A DNA stretch of 64,000 nt from Eledone cirrhosa (taxonomy: Eukaryota): NCBI GenBank assembly GCA_964016885.1, contig OZ024740.1, forward strand, positions 312,356,001 to 312,420,000. Reading direction: 5' to 3'. The translations under genes and the position numbers were made by a program. Positions within the stretch are counted from its first letter, which is position 1; each line of letters opens with the position of its first letter. Shown here in pieces: positions 56,560 to 64,000 of the stretch. Below the pieces are notes generated by a model, which saw only the letters and a list, made by a program, of their open reading frames with translations, was not told the DNA's origin and ran no database searches.

Positions 56560-57985
56560 TGCAAGGGTTCTTAATCTTTTTTGAGTCATCATCCATTTTC
56601 ACATAGTAAAAGTTTCCACAGCCCACATGTATAGTAAGTATTCAAAAGCATGCCAAAAATGTTTGACAAAAGTTTGTTACTGGTTCATAAACTGACTTTT
56701 TATGATGTAGTGAAAAGAATTAAACAAATTTTGTTCATAATTATGAAATTAAAAAGAATATACACTACTAGCAATTAACAAAAAATTATCAAGAAATTGT
56801 GTCATTACTAAGTGGAATTGTCTTGAAAATTGTGTCAGGTTTTATATGCATTACAGTCGAGAGAACTTCTTTAATAATAGGTTGAAGTAATGTTTCTCCT
56901 ATAGTGTATGACTTACCAGACTTTACAACCAATAACATAATGTTGGACAATGCAATCATCACATTATCGTGCTGCCTAGTTGCTTTCTGAAATTCCAATA
57001 TCAATGTTATCTGCTTTTCGAATGAGGTCTTAAGTTGTAAGAAATATGACAAAGGACAAAGGTTTTTCTACTGGTCTGGTCAACATGCTTAGAATGATAT
57101 TTTAAGCGTGAATGCTTCATGGCTTCGTTGTTTAACATTTGGTTGTACATAAGGCACATAGGCTATTGACTACTCTGAGAAGTGATAAACCCATAATCAA
57201 TGTTGTATTGATGACAAATTTTCTAAAATGGAAACAGCGGTGTGTTTAAAAATCATACAATACACAGAAAAAATAGTAGGAACAATAGATAACTAAATTT
57301 TCATTCACCAAGTTATATTGTTACTCAAAGTTCATTTTCAATAATCCCCAAATACAAGAGTGTTGCAATTACTTGGCGATCAATACAATCCAACAATTTC
57401 AAGTGGCTGTTGGTTTATATGAACATGCACATTAAGGTGTGAACAGGTCTCATTATGGGATTCTCATATTTTACCTGGCATTATCGTCCACACTTCCTTG
57501 CCTACGGCCTGTTGTCAGAATTCTTAGAGGTCATCACCTGTGTCAATTTTATATGTGATCTCTCGGTGTTTGGGCATTAGTGAGTTTATCCTGAGGTTAC
57601 TTCTTAATTTTACCAGCAAAGTTGTTCTTCATCTTCCATTATCTGGTTTATATTTTTTTTAAAATGTTATTGCATCCTAAGAACTATTTGAATGGTCCTC
57701 CTCAAAACTATAGAAAATATTAAAATGTTCCTTGTTTGCAGGGATATTTATATCTTATCTAGGAATCTGATCCAGTTTTTCCCATTTAGCCTCCTGTTTT
57801 TTTGTTTTTTTATAAAGGTACTTTGCATATCTCCTTTAAATATTTTTTTCATGTAGTATATAAAAACCTAAAGCGCACAACAAAATTTCCAATTGTGCCC
57901 ACCATTTTCTGTTCAGTTGCTCATCGCCCACCTACAGCTGAAATCGTCCACTGTTGGGTGATATCGCCCAGGTTTGGAAACCCTA
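56560..57985 (-). mobile_element. hAT (Buster/Charlie-like) DNA transposon relic
   Basis: KSYTIGETLLQP..IPLSNDTIS at 56789-57052 and an upstream EAMK..RL BED-finger remnant. TIR-like ends CAAGGGTTCTTAA (~56561) and TTTGGAAACCCTA (~57984). Boundaries are tentative. Confidence 0.6.
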
Positions 57986-58073
57986 CCTAGTAACTGGAAC
58001 CAGTAAAATTTTATTTTTAACAGATATCTATGCCATAATTAATTTTCACTTCACTCTATATTTACATTATGGA

Positions 58074-58255
58074 TTGGCAGTATTGGTAGAGGGTCAGACG
58101 CCATGCTTTGACGCATAGAGTTACGGCGCTTGCCATTCTGAGTTCAAATCCCACCGAGGTTAACTTTACTTTTCATCCTTACGGGGTCGATAAAATAAAG
58201 TACCAGTAATGTACTGGGTAATTGCTGGCCTTGTGCCAAAAGTAGAAACAATTAT
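58074..58255 (+). mobile_element. Second SINE family copy
   Basis: Colinear with 16919-17098. Confidence 0.85.
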
Positions 58256-58562
58256 ATATTTTTCATGTATGTGTTGGCTTGTGTGTGTGCATGTGTGTGT
58301 GTATGTGTGTGTGCATGTGCGTGTATGTGTGTGTGTGTGTTCATGTGTATGTATATGTACGTGTGTGTGTGTGTGTACTATGTGTGTTGAGTTACATCAT
58401 ACTATTAATATAGTTAGTCAACTTCCACAATATGTATTGATATAACTAAAATGTGTGCACTCTGAAGAACAGGATGTAGTTTAACTACTGTGGGTGAGTC
58501 ATGGCCGGAGATCGTTGAATTAATATCAACGATTTTCGTAAACCTCGTAAGTATATATATAT

Positions 58563-59597
58563 ATAATAATAATAATGAAAATATTGTGTATAGTGCTCAG
58601 GTGCACTACAACTCATCAAAAGTGTATGTATAGTACATAGGGTAATGTACAAACGTCAGGAAAATGAACAGTGCATGATATACACATGTGTGCATGTGTA
58701 TATGTTTCCGAAAGTCATGGGAGCTGTGCTGTTTTCTGACTTTGTAGGCATGTCCACGTGTGTTAGACACATGGAGATCAAAAAGGTGCTCAGGGTTGTT
58801 GTTGGCTAGATGGTTAATAACTTTGTGGCCGTTTACCAAATCCATTGCCAGACGTCGGAGCTTCAATGAATCTATGCCCAAGGAAGCAAGGCGTTCAGAG
58901 TATGGTAGGTGTCTGATGGAAGGTATGCGCTTGGTTGCACGTCTCTGAACAGTTTCCAGGAGGTCAATGTTCTGAGCAAGATAGGGGTTCCAAACTGATG
59001 ATGCGAATTCCAAGTGTGGTCGTACCATAGCTGTATACAGCTTTAAATAGATGGCTGGAGAGCGGCTAACAAAGGTCTTGCTGAGTGATGCCAAGACACC
59101 CTCAGCCTTCTTGACAATTTTAGATATGTGCTTTGTCCAACGCAAATCGCTGCTGACAGTAATACCCAGGTCACATTCACAAGAGGACTTCTTGATATCA
59201 GTGTTGTGGAGGGAGTATGTGGACGCTGGATTTTTCCTCCCAAAATGCATGGTGGTACACTTGTCCACAACTAGCTTCAGTTGCCAGTCTGTGATCCATT
59301 GCTGCATTGTGTCCAGATCTGATTGTAGGAAAGAGTTATAGATTTCAGGATCTGTCTTTTTGATTTCAAGGTACAGCTTGATGTCATCTGCATATTTCAG
59401 TACTGTGGCATTCTTTAAGTTGGCATCTATGTCATTAATGTATGTAACAAACAAAAGGGGACCAAGAACAGATCCCTGTGGTATACCAGATGACATCTCA
59501 TATGGTGAAGAATGCTGTCCTAGAACCGTGACTACCTCTTTTCGGCTGAGAATGAAGGATTTCAACCAGTTAAAAAGATCATCCCTCACACCCATAT
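58563..59597 (-). mobile_element. CR1/L2-type LINE, 5'-truncated RT
   Basis: GIPQGSVLGPLLF, YADDIK, DLGITV, VRPHLEFASSVWNP, LETVQRRATK and TRGH motifs. (ATT)n tail. Confidence 0.9.
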
Positions 59598-59778
59598 AAT
59601 AATGATAATAATGAAAATTATTGTGTACAGTGCTCAGGTGCACATATATATATATATATATATATGAGCAAGACATGGTCACCTGACCTGGAATTGCCCA
59701 CAACAGGAAACTCGTCTAACCCATGCTAGCGTGGAAGAATGGACGTAAAACGGTGATGATGATGATGATGATAATATA

Positions 59779-60493
59779 TCATCATCACCGTTTTACGTCC
59801 GTTCTTCCACGCTAGCATGGGTTAGATGGGTTGCCCTGTTGTGGGCAGTGTCCGGTCGGCTGACCATGCTTTGTCATACAGGAACTGATTCTGGCTTGAT
59901 TTCTACAGCTGGATGCCCTTCCTAACACCAATTTACAGTGAGTGTTGGGTGCTTTTTTCCGTGGCGCCTACATGTCCACTTTACAGTGTGGACTGGGTGC
60001 TTTTTTGTCGTGACACCTACACGACCACTTTACAGTGTGGGTTGGGTGCTTTTTTGCTGTGGCACCTCCACGACCACTTTTCAGTGGGAGGGTATGAGGG
60101 CATATTGTCTATATGCTTCAGCTTTGGCTTGTAGCCATGGGGGGGAGGGTCTTCTGTATTACTGCGTGACGCCAGAGAGGTGTAATTGGGTAAGGTTGGC
60201 TTTTATCACCTCATCCCAGGTCTTCTTGGGTCTCCCCACTCCGCGGTTTCCATCGACTTCTAGTGCTCTGCACCTTTTTATGCAGCTGTCATCCTTCATA
60301 CGTATCACATGTCCATACCAACGCAACCACCTCTTCTGCACACAGCATTTGATTCCTCTTATGCTCAGTCTCTCTCTCAATTCGTTTATGCTTTGTCGTT
60401 TGCGTGTATTACTATTACACATCAATCGGAGCATGCAGGCTTCGTTTCTTTTTAATCTACGCAAGTCTTCCACAGACAGCGCCCAGGTCTCAC
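59779..60493 (-). mobile_element. RTE-clade LINE 3' fragment (family A)
   Basis: Homologous to 22255-22955. WYGHVIRM and GRPKKTW motifs. (GAT)n tail. The 5' end abuts (TA)n. Confidence 0.9.
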
Positions 60494-60629
60494 TATATAT
60501 ATATATATATATAATATGGTGCTAGGGTGAAATATTACTAGCTGACAATCAGAAATGGAGAGAAATTGAGGAAATCTAAAAGGAATATGACCTGGGTCTC
60601 TGAGATCCACTGGTGTAGAGGAATATATA

Positions 60630-61440
60630 TGCTAGTGAGAGGTGTGTGTGTGAGAAGTGAATGTATGTGAGAAGTATGTGTGAGTTTGTGTAAGAAAGAA
60701 GAATGTATGAGAAAATTGTGTATTTGTCTGAGACAGTAGTGTCATAGAGAATTGTTTGTCGAAAGAAGTGTAAGAGTGATGTATGTTGTTTTTGTTTGTC
60801 TCCAGGTCAACCCTGATTGAGAAAACCCATACATATTCCGGCCATGATCACTTCAGCCTTTTATTTTCTGGTATAGTGCATCTATGAATACACTATTTAA
60901 TATGTTACCCCTTCTTCAAAATGGGCAGAAATTTCACTACTGTTTCTAGTAGGTCTAGTGACCACATAGAATCTCCTTTGTTGGTACACGTGTGCAAGAA
61001 ATGGATGTATAAGTGTGAAGGGTATGTAGAGAGAGATCTATGTTTAAGTAAGAATTTATGTAGATAGAAGTTTGTATATAAGAAAGAAGTGTGTAGAGAG
61101 GCGTGTATGTTAGTGAGATGTGTAGGTATAAGGGAGATAAGTGCGTGTGTAAGAAAGATAAGTATGTGCGTGTATAAGAGAGCTAAGTATGTGTGTAAGT
61201 GAGATAAGTGTGTGCGTGTATAAGAGAGATAAGTATGTGTGTAAGAAAGATATGTGTGTGTAAGAGAGATGTGCATGTGTGAGGTGTGTTTGTATAAGAA
61301 CCATCTATATGTAAGTGAGATGTGTTTATAAGGGAGATGTGTATATAAGTGAAATGTATATACAAGGGGAAATATGTGTGTAGGGATAAGAATGTGTAAG
61401 TATAGAGAGAAATGTGTATATGTATTCTGTGTAAGTGAGG
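60630..61440. repeat. GT/GA-rich low-complexity region with degenerate minisatellite
   Basis: Recurrent GAGATAAGT(A/G)TGTG(C/T)GTGT(A)TAA units at about 61130-61330. Confidence 0.75.
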
Positions 61441-61652
61441 AGGTCCCTTGTAATTGTAATAATTGTAATAGGAAACTTCTAAAGATGCCTAACACTGGAC
61501 CATCACATCCTGTATAGCAAGCAGTCAACTCATATAAGCTGATGGAGTCTGCTTTCAAATGATGAGCATGGCACTATATATTCCTTCATATTGATTATAA
61601 AAACAAGAAAACATCTAACCTGCCCAGCCTCTCTGTGTTAATGAGCTACAAA

Positions 61653-61860
61653 TACATTAAGGAATAATTGTTTCTACTTTTGGCACAAGGCCATCAATTA
61701 CCCAGTACATTACTGGTACTTTATTTTATCGACCCCGTAAGGATGAAAGGCAAAGTTAACCTCGGCGGGATTTGAACTCAGACCGTAAAGGGACGTAACT
61801 ATGCTGGAAAGCATGGCGTCCGACCTTCCACCGATACTGCCAATCCACATTAAGGAATAA
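61653..61860 (-). mobile_element. Second SINE family, full-length copy with target-site duplication
   Basis: Reverse-complement copy flanked by the direct repeat ACATTAAGGAATAAT at about 61654 and 61847. Confidence 0.85.
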
Positions 61861-62098
61861 TGCACCGAATAATGTACACAAAGTAATCCTCAATTAATTG
61901 AAATTTCTGTCTTAACTGCAGAAAGTAAATGTATTTAATGTGCGCGCGTGTATGTATATAAACAATCATCTGGTTGTGGAACCAACCAACCAACCGGAAA
62001 TTTATAAATTCCTAAATTTATAAATTTATTATAATAAATTTAAGTGAAAGCAACTGGTGCGTGTGTTTCTTATTGGCAACATGACCCTCCCAAAGTAT

Positions 62099-62303
<205 letters not shown>

Positions 62304-62504
62304 AGTCAAGGAAACAAGAAATGAACAAACAAGAGGATGCAATAACATGAAGTGTATTAGTTTCATATATATATACACACATATACACATGCATCCGATC
62401 ATACATGCATGTATGTGTATGTGTGTTTTTAATATGGTATCCCTGAAATATGTATAATGAAATAAATATGGTTTTATAAATATAGTTTCCATTTGTTTAA
62501 TATC

Positions 62505-62553
<49 letters not shown>

Positions 62554-62859
62554 CACACACAAGTCACCATTAACATCATCATTATTTAGCATCTCTTTTC
62601 CCTGCTAGCAAGGGTGGCACAGGTCATCACAGATGAATGTAGTGCTTCATTAGAGCTATTGACCTCACAGATGGTCCTGGAAGGCCCACTCCTCACTTAC
62701 ATATGTACGCACACATACACACACATACACACACATACACACACATGCATAAACGCACACATATACATGCACGCACACACGTACTCACACACACACACAC
62801 ACACACACATAATGGTAATGGCAACATGAATGGACCTGTTATTTTTCTCTAAAAACATA

Positions 62860-63036
62860 TTTTCCAATTCCTCATCGCCCGTCCCTTCAATCTATCTAAT
62901 TTCTCATTCTTCTGATGAAGGACTAGCATCCGAAACGTTAAAACCCTCTGCCTGCTATTTCAAGTGTTAACCTAATATATTCCTTCCATATACTGTACCG
63001 ATTGTTTTATTAATTCTGTTTACCTTTTAAATACTT
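62860..63036 (+). mobile_element. Penelope-like terminal-repeat fragment ending at (TA)n
   Basis: Pyrimidine-rich leader, minimal hammerhead and T-rich tail abutting (TA)n. Confidence 0.5.
62905..62945 (+). ncRNA. Minimal hammerhead motif (Penelope-type)
   Basis: CTGATGA-A-GGA(CTAGCA)TCC-GAAACGTTA, with palindromic AACGTT. Stem I pairing is weak. Confidence 0.55.
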
Positions 63037-63357
63037 ATATATATATATATATATTAAATACTTATATATATATATATAAATATATTGAGGAAATTGTATA
63101 GATTTTATCTAATAATTCTAGGGACAAGATTTATGATATATATATATATATCGATCCGAGCATGTTACTGGTGCTTTAATTTATCGACCCTGTAAGGATG
63201 ACAGGCAAAGTTAACCTCGGCGGGATTTGAACTCAGACCGCAACTCTATGCTGCAAAGCATAAGGCCAGGAATTTTCCCAGTGCATTACTGGTACTTTAT
63301 TTTATCGACCCCGTATATATATATATGATGATGATGATATATATATATATATATACA

Positions 63358-63815
63358 CACCAATCACATTCTTTCTGACTTGACCACTGCCACGTCACAG
63401 TTCTTAACCATTTTGAATTCATTTCTGGCGGGGATCATTTAAGAAAAATCTTTGTCCGAGTGAGTTTGTTTCCTGATGAGTTCGAAGATCGAGAATTTAT
63501 CCTTGATAGGATATTTCCGAAAGCGAATGAAACCCTAAGGGTAGAAACGTAATCCTGGTATGTGTATATGCTTTTTTTCTTCTAACTTTAATTTTATACG
63601 TAATTGTGTATGGTTGACGATATATTTAATTGATTTCCACGTGCTATTGAAATGTTGGGTAAATATTCTATAGCGGTTGACCGCGAATAGATGGGTGTCG
63701 TTTATTTATCTACTATTTCTTAATAGGTGCCTTTTAATCTTATAGCCTGGTTTAATTGGTTTTTTTTTGTGTGGTTGATTATGCTAATTGGGAGAGGAAA
63801 TGGTGTATATATATT
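63358..63815 (+). mobile_element. Non-coding hammerhead-bearing element (Penelope-like pLTR or retrozyme) between (TA)n tracts
   Basis: About 460 bp of unique, CpG-richer sequence flanked by (TA)n on both sides. Contains the ribozyme and a second hairpin TCTAT-A-GCGG-TTGA-CCGC-GA-ATAGA. Confidence 0.65.
63467..63549 (+). ncRNA. Type I hammerhead ribozyme (complete consensus core)
   Basis: Stem I TGTTTC/GAAACG. Core CTGATGA at 63473-63479. Stem II GTTCG/CGAAT with an extended apical hairpin. GAA, then stem III ACCC-TAA-GGGT. Predicted cleavage after GUA at 63543. Confidence 0.85.
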
Positions 63816-63840
63816 ATCAAATGATTCTATGGACATACTT

Positions 63841-63895
<55 letters not shown>

Positions 63896-64000
63896 AAAAT
63901 GTTCAAGACCCCGACGGAAGAGCTCAAGCTGTTTCGACGGCTATTTCTGGACTGAAATAGCTGTCGAAACGGCTTGAGCTCTGCCGTCGGGGTCTTCAAC

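Noticed and set aside
58459-58552. CTGAAGA plus hairpins GTAGTT/AACTAC and ATCGTTGA/TCAACGAT before (TA)n
   Set aside because: Lacks the GAAA half of a hammerhead core and does not fit an HDV-like fold by eye. Probably an unclassified repeat end.
60905-61558. 217-aa His/Thr/Leu-rich ORF
   Set aside because: Translation of GT/GA low-complexity sequence.

Overview
AT-rich, repeat-dense eukaryotic genomic DNA. The repeat landscape and the protein suggest a mollusc, probably an octopus or other coleoid (inference). The only host gene I can support is a + strand CREB1/CREM/ATF1-family bZIP gene. It has six coding exons (9132-9302, 10314-10396, 13510-13643, 35673-35852, 38770-38923, 41105-41249), with GT-AG introns of consistent phase, giving 288 aa with Q1, KID (RRPSY), Q2 and bZIP regions. 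I also see a candidate 24-nt frame-preserving microexon with a duplicated donor, a candidate uORF-bearing 5'UTR exon, tandem in-frame acceptors and an R->S change in the DNA-binding basic region. The rest is RTE and CR1/L2-type LINE fragments, tRNA-derived SINEs, TTAA (piggyBac-type) MITEs, hAT and mariner relics, a ~7.9 kb (TA)n-type array and a 200-N gap. The most unusual signal is a set of short non-coding, (TA)n-associated elements carrying type I hammerhead ribozyme cores. One matches the full consensus (63467-63549), two are minimal or variant (49066-49123 on -, 62905-62945) and two are fossil. Two otherwise dissimilar elements share an identical CRE/UPRE-like 10-mer upstream of the ribozyme. 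The long IYIY ORFs in the track are microsatellite artefacts.
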